A DNA stretch of 64,000 nt from Raillietiella orientalis (taxonomy: Eukaryota), in the NCBI GenBank assembly GCA_036172245.1, contig JAYWIR010000001.1, positions 7,130,001 through 7,194,000 of the forward strand. Reading direction: 5' to 3'. Below the pieces are notes generated by a model. That model ran no database searches and had not been told where the DNA came from. It saw only the letters and a list, made by a program, of their open reading frames with translations. This document shows positions 30,758 to 42,287 of this stretch, one piece after another; positions within the stretch are counted from its first letter, which is position 1; the number at the start of each line of letters is the position of its first letter. The translations under genes were made by a program, and so were the position numbers.

Positions 30758-32540
30758 TTTTTTTTTTTTTTTAATTGACCAAAGATGTTTGCAAAGAGTT
30801 GAAACCAGGTGTAGCACAATCACTGCATCTACAAGCGATACTTTCTTCATGTAGTCTCCAGCTCAATAAGGTTTCCCGCCGATTTGAAAGAAAGAAAGAA
30901 ACATGCCCCTAATCTTTGTTGACAAAAGTCCTGTGGGAGTCTCTGCAAGAGCCACCTGTTCCATAGCTTTTTGCCTTCTTCCCTAAATTTTTGTCCCCGG
31001 AGAGAATCCATCATTGTACCAACCCCATGAAAGGCAAGTGGCGCTAAATAGTGGATGGAACAATATGGTCCAGCGCATTTTTTGGGGAGGTTTTCTGTTA
31101 TTTTCCCGTTCACGATAATGCTATCACTTTTCACGATGTGCCATCTGTATGGTATACCTCATCAGGAAACTGATGTGCGGTCTTGTACTTCATCGTGAAC
31201 GAGAAAGGGAATGGCATCCCTCTCTAGTCGTACTCGCTTTTTTAGGGCCGTTGCAGAGAAGCCACGTCCTCCTTGGAATGCTTAATGCATTCCTCCATAA
31301 GGCTGACCCAGCTTGCGCTGAGGTTGGGTGGCCTATGTGATCCACGGTGATGTTTCTCTTCCTGATGAATTTCTCCCAACACCCAACTGTGTGTCTGTTG
31401 ACAATGAAGTCTCCGCGAATGCTTTCAGGAGTGCTTGCCCTCACTTTCCTAGTCGTTAGGGAATCGATAGTGGTCCTCTTGAGACTTACTCCGGTAATGC
31501 ATGCCAACTTGATTACATTCAGTGCATCTCGCAGATTCCTCTTTCATCCCACAATCCAGTTTAGCGCATCTCCAGCATCATTGAAAGCAAAGCTATCCAA
31601 GTCGTGCAAATTTCACCTCTTTGCTCTGATGTCGAGTCGAGAGAAAATTTGCCGAGTCCATCACTGAGAAATTGATTGCCAACGACGTATTGGCCATAAG
31701 GCAAGTGGGGCACAGGTCTGTGCGCGGCGGCTGCTCTGGCGTCAGGAAAGTATTTGCAAACATTGCTGCTGGCATTACTGTTGTAACTGTTGTTTGCATC
31801 ATTATCGACAATAAATCAAGAAACATCTTGAGCGATCAGTGATCATCTTTCAACTCTTCGATGTCCCCTTAATGAATACACCATGCAAGTTTATCAAATA
31901 ATGAGTATGAAACACTTCTCGGATGATGTTTCTTGACGTCACTCTCAGGATGCATCCGGTGCTCATGGTGCATGGTTCTTGGTGCAGCCGGTTCCAAACT
32001 TCAGACTGAATCGACGTCCGTCCCAAGCAGACTCTGAATTGCAAGCTGTCCCAGGTTCCGGAACCGAGGCACTTCCATGCCAATGATTTGCCACATGATG
32101 TGACTGCGACGTAACTGTGGCGACGTACCTTGTTCAAAGCCACGGTGGGAATCGAACCTGCCTTCAAGAACTCGGGAGGTGGACGTCTGCGATGTTGCAG
32201 AGAAAGGACAAAAACGGGCAGCCCTCATTCTGATGGATGCTTTCTTCGACCTTCGAATTTGGTTTACTGAGTATTCAAAAACTGTATAAAATGGGGGGAA
32301 GGGAGGAGGGGAATGCTCTTTAATTCACCGCAGACTATAAGTATGAAGAATTTCATCCCTTTTTCCGTAAAATATGGATAGATTAAGAGGAAGTGCGATT
32401 TTTTGGAGCTCAGAATCGGTTCTTGATTTCCTTTTCTTTCGTTGTCCTCATTATACATTTGTTCTCGGTGATTGATCGGTGTTCTCTTTTCTTGTCGATG
32501 AAGGTCATCACAATTATACTTGCGCGAGGGTACATCCATC
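30758..32540 (-). pseudogene. Candidate endogenous viral element: disrupted orthomyxovirus-like nucleoprotein (NP) with a 3' poly(A) run
   Basis: ORF fragments 32001-32228, 31593-31826, 31190-31507 and 30847-31134 give motifs in the same order as influenza NP (see findings). Stops and frameshifts separate them, there are no introns, and A15 lies about 74 nt after the final stop. The 5' boundary (32240-32540) is uncertain. Confidence 0.6.
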
Positions 32541-32991
32541 AGAGCACCACGTAGCAGTTGAGGATCACTGCAGATTTTAACATATGTTTGTATTAATAGC
32601 TGTCGGATCGGTTCGTTGTCTTTTCTCAGGTTACATACAAAAGAAAACGCTTTTCAATTCCCTGAACAGCTGCAAAAGTGAATAATAAGAAAAAAAAAAA
32701 AAAACATGCCGTTGATGAAGCTTCGCTCGCAATCCAGTAACTTGTGGATTTTGGAACTGTGACTTTTCCAAAGGGTTTGGCGTTACTCCTTTCATTCTGC
32801 TTGTGGCCAGCGATTTCTATTCTTGAAATAAGATATTATGTTGCTTTGGCTCTTCTTAATTTCTTCAGACACATTCCATCACATTGTCAATGGGCCAAGA
32901 AAAAAAATGAAACCGATACTTTGTGTTTGGTACATCATTTATTACGGCATCCCTCCAAGAGTTCTCCTTGATGTCCATCTGTACCTCATCA

Positions 32992-33587
32992 TCAGGAACA
33001 CGTGGCGTTGGTGGAGGTTTTCGGTATGATTAAATGGAAGGCAGGAGGTGTATCCTGATCCCAACTTGATATGATAGATAAAAGATAGGTTACACAAACG
33101 AGCACGGTCGGTTTTAAAGACACAGCAGTCAGCTTCAGGAAATGTTGAATAGGTGTTAAGAGACAGTGCTTTATGAAAAGACCTATAGGAATCGTTGGTT
33201 GGACTTCTGAAGGTATCGCTTCCGCAGGCGTTGAAATGGTGGCTTTGGGGTCTGTCGTTTGGCATGAGTTGGTGCTTCCCAACATTTCGACGGTTGGAAA
33301 TGCCTGATATTCTAGATCGATTTTTAGGAATGCATTTCTTATTCTCGTTAGGTTTATTTGAAAATCCAATTTTTTATTTGTCGATGAATGGCATTGCCAT
33401 AATTGAAGCATTTCATCCTTGATATTTAATAATAAGTTGTGATTTCTTTCTAGGTCCACAAGATCGTCACGCATTCTGTTCCATTCTGTGGTGTGCTCTT
33501 CGTCCATTTGAGCAATCTGTTGCTTTAGAAAAGCGTTCTGCTCTTCTAGGTAGGCTTCCCACAAAACTTTGGTTTTACCCAGCACAT
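32992..33587 (-). CDS. Uncharacterised coiled-coil-rich exon/ORF (about 197 aa)
   Basis: The open frame starts after a TTTTCAG acceptor (33588-33594) and has a heptad-like stretch WEAYLEEQNAFLKQQIAQMDEEHTTEWNRMRDDLVDLERNHNLLLNIKDEM. No family recognised and other exons not resolved. Confidence 0.35.
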
Positions 33588-36566
33588 CTGAAAATTATTT
33601 ACTCTGGAAGTTTCCATCACTGAGGTATCAAAAACACGGCCAAATGCATAGCAACGTATTGAGGTCGGAAAGCAGCCGATTCCATAAAAAAAGTCTAAAA
33701 GCTTATCTTAGCAGCTGATTTCCTTGCCCGGTGTGAACGCCCCAAAAGTTTGTGCATATTTATGTGTGACTTTGCATCAAAGCACAGTTCCACATATCTC
33801 GAGAAAGGCAGAAAACTCATGTGCATTTTATCCGGTTATACCAAGGTATAGACAAAGACAAAGCATAGTCGAAGCAGACTGCCTTAGCTATCAGATGCAT
33901 TTTTTCGTGAAGCTGCGAGTTGCCGTTCTCTTACCTTCAAAATTCTCGGTGCTCAGATTCTGTGAACTTGGAGAAAGGGGGGGTCCACAGCTAGCTGATT
34001 CCAGAGGCTGTTGATGCACGATCAGATGGTTGATTTAGTGCACGGAAAATTCACAGATCACTCACGAAACATTGAACCGCGATTATTTAATTTGAATCTT
34101 TCATCCTTGGTTATGCTTAGCTCGCAAGAAAACCATAATTTTTGAATGTTACGAAAATTTGAGAACACGGAATCTTGAAAATAACACAGTCCATCAACGA
34201 TAAAAAAAACCTACCTCAGGAGAATGGTCCATGTTATGGTCAGACTACAAATATCAATTTAATGCACTTTGGCAGTCAACAACGATGCTTAGGATAGAAT
34301 TTAGAGATGATCCAGAGACGTTACCAGGCAACAAATCCAAACGGATAAATTCGATTTAATAATATGTTCCCACCGATTGAAATTGTTATTCTTCTATAGG
34401 ATTACTCGTTTAGAACTTTAAATGGAAAGTGCATCCTGCCAAAACCAACAACCCTAGATCCTTGGCATCCAAAACATACCCCCGAGTAGTCCTGTTTTAT
34501 GGACCAAACTTGTGATAATATGTTGAAACCTTTATCATTACGAACAACGGAAAAGGCGTAAAACCGAATTTGCAGATCATTGTTTTTTTTGCCGTTCTTA
34601 TGATCCACAGAATTCCTGTCCATCCTGAAGCCTCGTGACAACAACAGGCGCAGGAGAAAAGAAAACATGGAGAGGGGAGATCAAGTGATGAGAGTGAAAC
34701 GCTTGCCAAACTATAAGAATTTTGGATGCCGGAGGCAAAATAGCGGAAAAGTAGTGGAGAAGTTGTTTTTCTGGTTCCTGAAATCTCAGACGTTGAAGCC
34801 ATCAAGATTCAGAGCATCCTTAAGAGCGGAATTTGCGATTTATTCGGTGAAAATGAAAATCGTAGATGTAAGATGGAGAACCTGATGAAACTGAGAAACA
34901 AAGCACTTGATACTCTGCCGCGAGATGAATTCATGACTAGAGATGATGATGTCCCAAGACCTAAGTGCTCATGATCGTCCAGCTTTGTGACTTTACGCCG
35001 TTGTTGCTCCGCAGTCGATATAAGCAAGCTGATCTTAATTTGTGAAAGCCCTGTGTAATTTTCTCCGCAGCCTCTTCTGATAAATGAAGTCCCTTCCTAA
35101 AGGAAACTGTCAAATCAGTGAAGGGGGACTAATAGCGCCCGATTTTTTAATATATGAGAAAGGCCGACGGGTGAGAGTGCCACAGCGGGCTGCTGGACTA
35201 AATGGCTCTATAAAACATCCACAGAGTGCAGTTTTGGATCCAGCGAACTGGGTAACAGGAGAATAAAAAAACTGAGCAACCAAAATTCCACAGACAAACG
35301 TTTGGGCTGCTTGCTTGAATCAACAAATCTGTTCTACTTAAATGCTTTCTGTGAATGGAGAAAGTTCGATTTTGGGATGGAGGTTCGAAAATTCTACTGG
35401 ACTGGGCATGTCGCCAAGCTGTCTTAGAAACGATCTGTAGAAACCGGTATGCTTTCTCGAGGTGAGCATCTGCCGTTCGATGGTGGGCGTTTCCTTTTTC
35501 TAGCATGCTTCTTGCTGCGACAGATGCCGAGCGCTTGATATGAGAAATGAGGGAGAATCCGGAAACCTGGAAATCACAGCTAGAAACTAAAGTTTAAGAA
35601 TGAACAGAGGGTTGGGAAACTGGTTGTTTGCTCAAAAAGGTGGACATTGAACCTGCTGAAGGAAGCACTTCAAGGTCACACGATCGTTTGGAGCACCACG
35701 GAAGCGGAAACATATAGTGGATAAACGAAAGTGACGATCTCAGTGGTTCGGACCGTCCGAAATGCTGCAATGCGGTGGATGCCACAAAAACGGGAAAAGC
35801 TCCAACTCCCAGCCGAAATACTAGCATGCTCTTTGTTCCTACTGCAGCGTCTTGGACATTCAGAATCGTCAGTAATAAAGTCCTGTAAGGTTCCGATTTT
35901 TCCGTTGTACAAAGAAACTTGCCAGTTATCCAGGAGTGCTGCCACCACCCTGCTACAAGAGCTAGTGGTGATGTCATCTCAAGTACATTCCTTGCCCCGT
36001 CGAAGCTTTCGAACCTTTTGTCCGAGGCACCAATCCTGTTATCCACATAATGTCTTTCGTTCCCATCGCACTCAACAAACTGGATACATATGACAATGTT
36101 CCCAACTTTGCAAACATCATAGGAATCTCCGGTGGTTTGGCCACTGCATCTTTTTTTCCGAAATAATGGAGAAAGGTGCCATTTGCAAGCAAACGTTGCT
36201 GATGTGGTTTTAAAGTCCCATACTCCTTATTCCTTTCGTATTTTGCTGTTAGCATCTTTAAACAATCCTTTTTCATCGTCGAAAAAAATTCAGGAATTTT
36301 CGATTCTGCATTGCTGATAGGTCCCTTTCCCATGAAGCAACAAGGACGATTTCGCCGCCAGCTTTTGTAGAAACAAAGAAACAGTCAAAGTTCCGGCGTT
36401 TCCTTTTGTCGATTTTTTGTCCTCATTTGCTTTTGTGTTGGATCTCGGAGAAAGTTTTGTGCGGACACACTTTCAACACTTCTGCTTCTCGAAAGTCCGT
36501 TGCCTGGTCTTGGTTGTGCCGTGAGGACCATTTCTTGTCTCGAGCGAGCAAAGAGGATGATGGTGA

Positions 36567-36936
36567 ACCGAAAGATGGTGAACTATGCCTGGCCAGGACG
36601 AAGCCAGAGGAAACTCTGGTGGAGGTCCGCAGCGATCCTAACGTGCAAATTGGTCGTAAGAGCTGGCGAAAGACGAATCGAACCATCTGGTAGCTGGTTC
36701 CCTCCGAAGTTCCCTCAGGATAGCTGGCGCTCGCTGGAGCGGAAAAAGAACGGAGTCTCATCCGGTAAAGCGAATGATTAGAGGCTTTGGGGCCGAAATG
36801 ACCTCAACCTATTCTCGAACTTTAAATGGGTGAGAAGTCCGGCTTGCTTGAAAGCTGAAGCTCGGACTGTCGGATCCATGAGCGCCCAGCGGGCCAATTT
36901 TGGGAAGCAGAACTGGCGCTGTGGGATGAACCAAAC
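36567..36936 (+). pseudogene. 28S (LSU) rRNA pseudo-fragment, about 370 nt
   Basis: Conserved eukaryotic LSU sequence CCGAAAGATGGTGAACTATGCCTG...GAAGCCAGAGGAAACTCTGGTGGAGG...GTAGCTGGTTCCCTCCGAAGT...GGTAAAGCGAATGATTAGAGG...CTCAACCTATTCTC...GCAGAACTGGCGCTGTGGGATGAACC. It lacks the usual GTATAGGGG before GCGAAAGAC and is flanked by non-rDNA. Confidence 0.93.
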
Positions 36937-38916
36937 TTTACATGCCGTAAGCGGTGGTCTGTCCATCTCCACCATTTCTCCCCAAACGCAGGGAGCTTTT
37001 CATGACCTTGAGATTCCAGACATGGGTTGAAAGTCCAAAGGAGGGTCCAGTTTCCGTGCAGCCAGCCAGCGGAGAGGGTACTTTCAGTGGGCAGAACAAC
37101 GAAGGTGAGGAACAGACCCACGGCACAAGTCTTTCATTTGATCAACTCCATGTAGTTCCGTCGTGTCTGTGGTCAAACATCTTTCCGATGCCTCTTTACG
37201 GTTCTTGATTCTGCATCGCGCTCTTTCCTTTCTCGCTTTCTGTAACCTTACACATGATCAAGGGTAAACGCATCGGTTTCTTCGACAAGAAAAACTTGCA
37301 AAGGGTTGCAGCGGGTTTCACCACGAATCTCTGTGCATAACAGGCCTCCTGGGAGCGATTTCTGAAGAAGTAGATCCCCCTACTCATCTCTGGGCGCATC
37401 GTGAAGCCTCCTCCAAGAAACACCGAATTTTGGCTCGTTGCTCTCCCAAAAGTGACTTCCGTGAAAAAGGTGCCACGCGCGAGGGACGCCTTCCTTGAGG
37501 TACTCGCAGCTCGGGGTCGCTCGCGATACCTGGAAACGGTCCTTCTGAAAAGTTCTCGTTGGGCATAGAAACCAACGAAAGGACGGATTCCTGAACGTCT
37601 TGCAGTGCTCGAAGAGCACACGAAATTGGCAAGTCTGCGATTACGTAGACATGCTGCTTAAAAACTGAGAATCAACTTTTTCGCTCTCAACCTCTTCGGT
37701 TACTCTTTGGTTATTTCTATGAATCGTTTTTGTTGTTGTTGTTTTGTATTTCCATTTACTCCTACCTTGTATTATAACATAGTATGCAGTGTGTTAGTGT
37801 TCCTATTGTTAATCTTCTTGAATATAGAGAGGATTATTCTAGCATGCATAACTTAAAGCACACTTGAATTCTCTCTCAAAGATATTATAAATATATTCTA
37901 TGCCAGATGTAATACAAAATCAACTAGTGATCAACTGATTGAATATATTTATATAATTATTACGTGTCAGTAACCATTCCCGATAGGAATGAGTATTGAT
38001 TTGCTTTTGGATATCCAGAGGACACGGAAATCATAGGTGATGGTAACCACCAAATGGTCATGTTGGAGATATCAGAGCTCTCGTGAACCGATGACGTGAC
38101 CAAAGAGCTCACAAAGCAAACCGTGACCAAGGAATTCCTCGATGATGAGCAATAAATGTTTCTTTCTTCTACCTTCGATCCTCCGCAGAAGGAGGAAGAG
38201 GGATCAGCAAATTCAAAGGCTCGAATGGGGCACCGCGCTCGCACGTCGAAGAAAGGCTTGCTGTTCAGATGTGCGAAAGCGCAAATCCCTTTTTCTTTCT
38301 TCGGCCACATGCGTTATGGGACTGCACGCGCCTGCTCTCACGATTATTCAGATTTCACGTGAAGTCCTCCCTCCTTCTGCAGAGCTTGCGAAAGAGCATT
38401 TTCGACCCCCTATGTGGCTTTTTTCGCAGCAGCGTCTGAAAACACTGGGGCTGGTTCCATGAGTGAAAACCAACAAAGGTTCACAAAGGCACTTCTCAGC
38501 AACGATCAGGATTTTTTTGCTTCTCGATTCGAGGCTTCTCTTGGTTTCCAGAGCTCAAAACTTCAGCAGCGCTCCTCGGGCTGGTAGTGACTGCTAGTGA
38601 TGCTCAGAAGGCGCTCCAAACTCCCCCAAGGCGCAACAGCATCCATAGCGCTGGTTTCTCTCTTTTCTTGACGATGGCTCGCTCTGTCAGCAGACAACAG
38701 CATGAATGTTGCAAGAGTTCCAGCCTCTTCGGAAAGCAGTATCGTTCCTGCTGTATACTGAATGCATGGTTCGGACCATGGAAGATTCACGAAGAATTCA
38801 CGAAGTCATTCTTCGACCGGTAGTGATCTCACGAGTAGATCGCTGCATAGGCCTAGGATGATGATCACCCGGTTATTCCGCGGCATTTATTACATAAAGC
38901 AATGAAAATACATTGG

Positions 38917-39260
38917 CGTGGTAGAGTCCGTGGTTCTACCACGTGCCGAAGAGCTGTACACAGACCGGAGAGGTTCGGCAGCATGGAGGAAGGGGAAAAC
39001 AAAAACAAAAAATGAACACACAGTATGTAGGAGGAGGTCACAGTACGCTGCCAAGCGCCCTCAGCATCCTGTCCTGGATGCTGGCAAGTTCTGTATCCGT
39101 GTCCCGCCCAGGTGGGGATATCTCGAGGCGATCTTCAGGAAGATCCGCGACCAGTGGGTGGTGTCCCTGCCGTTTCGGCCCTCTTCTTCTGGAGTTCCAG
39201 GCTGCCACTGTCCCGCGGGGAACAGCAGAACACTAAGAGGGACACGGCTGGCGGCAGTGC
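38917..39260 (-). mobile_element. 3' fragment of a Tx1/L1-like non-LTR element (copy A, inverted relative to copy B)
   Basis: The reverse complement shares ACAGAACTTGCCAGCATCC.GGA.AGGATGC.GAGG, the RD..HW...FL.IA.R peptide and the GTGGTAGA...TCTACCAC hairpin with 39480-40150. Confidence 0.55.
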
Positions 39261-39479
39261 GACGCCACGCGCGAAGAGGTGTCTGAAAAATGTCCCTGAG
39301 GCCGCCCGTCGGGAATCTCAGGGTGGTCGCGAGGAGATCCCGAAGGGGTCGGAGAGCAGCACAGTCTGACAACAGGTGCGAGAGGGTCTCTTTCTTCCAC
39401 CAGCACCTGTCTCATTCAGCACCCCTCCCCCCCGTGTACATCGCGCTGGGGCGAGCTGCTCGCAGTACTTTCGGAGGAG

Positions 39480-40150
39480 ATGAAGTGGCCTCCAGCATGT
39501 TGGAATAGCGGCACCCTTCCAATGAAATGGCAGGAGACAGCGTTGCTCTTTTTGCATTGGGGACTTTTAAGCAAAGCACTCCTGTCTCACTGGACGCTGG
39601 GAACGTGGATGCCCGCTGCATCAAGTGCGGTGAAAGGGAAACCTTCCCGCAGTTTACAATAGAATGTGTCGCCCTGGTTGGACTTTGGAGTCGACTTTTC
39701 CCTATCCTCCTTCTTCCAGTAGGCGACCCTAAGGTCATTTAACGACGCCTCTTTCTGCGTGACGGCCTACGCCTCTAGCAGTCCCCTGCTGCGTGCGCGG
39801 CATCGTGGAGAGGTGGAACGCTAGGAGAAGAGGCCAAAGAAGCAGAGATGCCATCCACTGGACGATGGTCTTCTTGGAGATCGCGACAAGGTGACGCCTA
39901 CCACCCAGCACTAAAACAGAACTTGCCAGCATCCTGGATAGGATGCAGAGGACCGATCCAGGCTCCCAGTGATCCCTTCCCTGCCCTCCACTCCCCCATA
40001 AAACTATTCCCCTACCCGTTAATTTTCTTTTTGTTTCTTTTTGTTTGAGTTTCCCCTTCCCCTGCGCCTCGGGAGAGGACCTCGCCGGTCATAGCACCGG
40101 CTCACGACAAGTCTTCAAGAGTGGTAGAACCAAGTGTTCTACCACGACAG
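39480..40150 (+). mobile_element. 3' fragment of a Tx1/L1-like non-LTR element (copy B) with a degenerate C-terminal zinc knuckle
   Basis: CIKCGERETFPQFTIECVALVGLW resembles the L1/Tx1 CxxC..ET..H...C....W motif with His lost. The 3' hairpin GTGGTAGAAC-CAAGT-GTTCTACCAC lies at about 40121-40145. Confidence 0.55.
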
Positions 40151-40699
40151 ACAATATTTACAGACTTTATTATCTAATTTTTTACAAAATTAGAATAATA
40201 AAGTCCTGCTCCTGGAGTCTGTGTGTGGGGGGGAGGGGGAGGTGTGTAGGATGATGTAAATCCTTTGAGTTTTTTTGTCTGTTACTTTCCTTTCACCTTC
40301 TGCGCTTTTTCAGGGTTTGTCAAGGGCACTCAAAGAGTACCGTGCACCCCCAATGAGGCCTCGGAGAGGTTCAACGATGCCGCCGCGAGGCTCCTCAAAC
40401 AAAGTCACGCCACCTAAGACCTCGATCAATTCAAGCAGGGGGTAACCCCGAAGGGACCACCCTAAGCAGGAAGGCTCCGAGGATGTTGCCCGTCCCTCCT
40501 CCTTACTTTTGGGAGGCAACGCTTCCATTACACCGGATAGGGAACCTCCGAGGAGGAGTCGATTCCGCGACACGATGGAAGACACCCGTAAGCCCTGGAA
40601 GGACCCTGGAGGGTTCACTTCCGACTCCGCCTAGTCAGCGAGAGACATCCGGTCTCCAGCATTCGTCATACTAGTGCCACACCCGTGTGAGCCAGCCAG

Positions 40700-40770
40700 T
40701 GTCCTATGGGAGGATTCGAACTCACAACGCCAGGTGCCGCGCTCAGCAGCCGTAGGCACACAGCCGCCAA
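40700..40770 (-). mobile_element. tRNA-derived SINE-like or tRNA pseudogene fragment
   Basis: The minus strand reads TGGCGGCTGTGTG (A-box-like)...GTGAGTTCGAATCCTCCCATAGG (B box GTTCGAATCC). No complete cloverleaf. Confidence 0.5.
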
Positions 40771-41439
40771 CATGGACTCGTTCTTTTGTTTTCAGTTCTA
40801 GAAAACGGATCCCCTAGATGAAACCGAAAGCTGCTCGAGATGCGAATCCGAATGCAGAATTATCTTTGCCTGTGAGATGACAGCTGGAAAAGATTAGGAC
40901 CGGTGCTCGAACAGATGGGGGGAAAATTTCCCCGTGGGTCCAGAATCGGGTATACGCGTGCGTGCGCAATCGCTTCCGTCCGAAGTCAGCCGGTGCGTCA
41001 CTTTATAAAAATGAGGCACTTTCCTTCTCGCTTCTAACTGGCTGTGCTCTCAAATGCGCTGTGGATATCTCTTAGATTTTTGTAGAATTCCATGGCCTCA
41101 GGGGTCATCGAAAAGAACATTTGGCTTGACCAACACAGCCCATCTGCGCTTGTTTTCGTGAAGCGCCAACCCGTTGACTCCCAGGTTTGTAATCCGGAAT
41201 GAAACTTACAAGAGGATGAACAGTGATGCGTGTGCTGCAACTGCATGCGTACACCTGTGCAGGCACAGAAACCGTTGGGAACGACCCTATCAGTTTCCTC
41301 CTAACGCGGGCGGAATCTGCTGATCACGGATTGTGCCATTCGGTTGCATAGTGGTAGAGGTGGCCTCTGATTAACAGAAACAGGGGAAGGGGGGGAGGGG
41401 ATACACAAGACAAGAGTGTAGGGCGCTCTTTCACCTAAA

Positions 41440-42200
41440 GCAACCTTCGTACGCCGGTGTAGCTGGAGAGGAAAACGGCCTCTGAACCACGGCTTTTCGC
41501 AGCATCATTTAACAGCGGGCGTTCGGAGCCTGAGCATCATCTAGGTAACTACCGACATGTTTCTTCAGATCTGCAGATATCCTGATGACTCAGAGGCGTG
41601 AGAGCTGGTCTCCAAATAAATTCGGCCAAGTGTGCCGCAATGATGTATTCCGGGAGGAACTCCCAGGGGACTGCCAAGTTTGAACCCCGGAGGGTGAGAC
41701 GGTGCGATCCCTAACATATCGGATGCATATAAATATCTAGGGAAACCGTTTGGGATTGAATTCTTTGGAGCTGCACCGACAAAAGAAGAAATGGTAGAAA
41801 AGGCGGAAACTCTGCTGCGCTCAGGCCTTTCTCCCTGGCAGAAGATCGAGCGCTGAAAGAGTTCTTCTTCCCTAGTCTTGTGCATGATCAGAGTCTAGGA
41901 ACGCACCAAAGGGTAGACCGGAAGTTTACCAACAGGTGAATAAGAAAGGAAGTGAAGACACCGTTGCACCTTCCTTCGAGAGCAGCCAATCAATACTTGT
42001 AAGGAGAGAGGAGGAAAGGATGCCTTGGACGGATGCATGTGTCGGATAAAGCCGACACTTCCATCATCGACAGCTGCTCCAAGCTGCTGTCATCTCTAGA
42101 TGTCGCCGTCAATCATCAGGCTAAGCAGTTCCTCCGAGAGGTGGTACCCAAAAAACTATTGCAGCCATCCGCGGAGGAAGAGGTAGGAAGATTCTTGTCT
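41440..42200 (+). mobile_element. Decayed RT/thumb region of an RLE-class non-LTR retrotransposon, Utopia/NeSL-like
   Basis: Fragments AYKYLGKPFG, LLRSGLSPWQKIER..FFFP, IRKEVKTPLHLPSRAANQYL..RRKGCLG and IDSCSKLLSSLD match recalled Utopia/NeSL post-RT motifs (L.PWQK, LP.RA..YLYG, ID.AFKLL.S.D). Frameshifted. Confidence 0.75.
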
Positions 42201-42287
42201 GTAATCCAATGCAAAATTGGTTTATTTGGTAGATGCAGAGCCAATGGACCCAGTAAAGTTAAGAAAGTTCAAAGTTCAACAAAGTTT

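Noticed and set aside
32140-32165. tRNA T-arm/B-box-like GGTTCGATTCCCAC on the minus strand
   Set aside because: No A box or cloverleaf, and it lies inside the coding-like candidate viral tract; probably chance.
36406-37126. ORFs overlapping the 28S fragment
   Set aside because: Spurious translations of rRNA-derived and flanking sequence.
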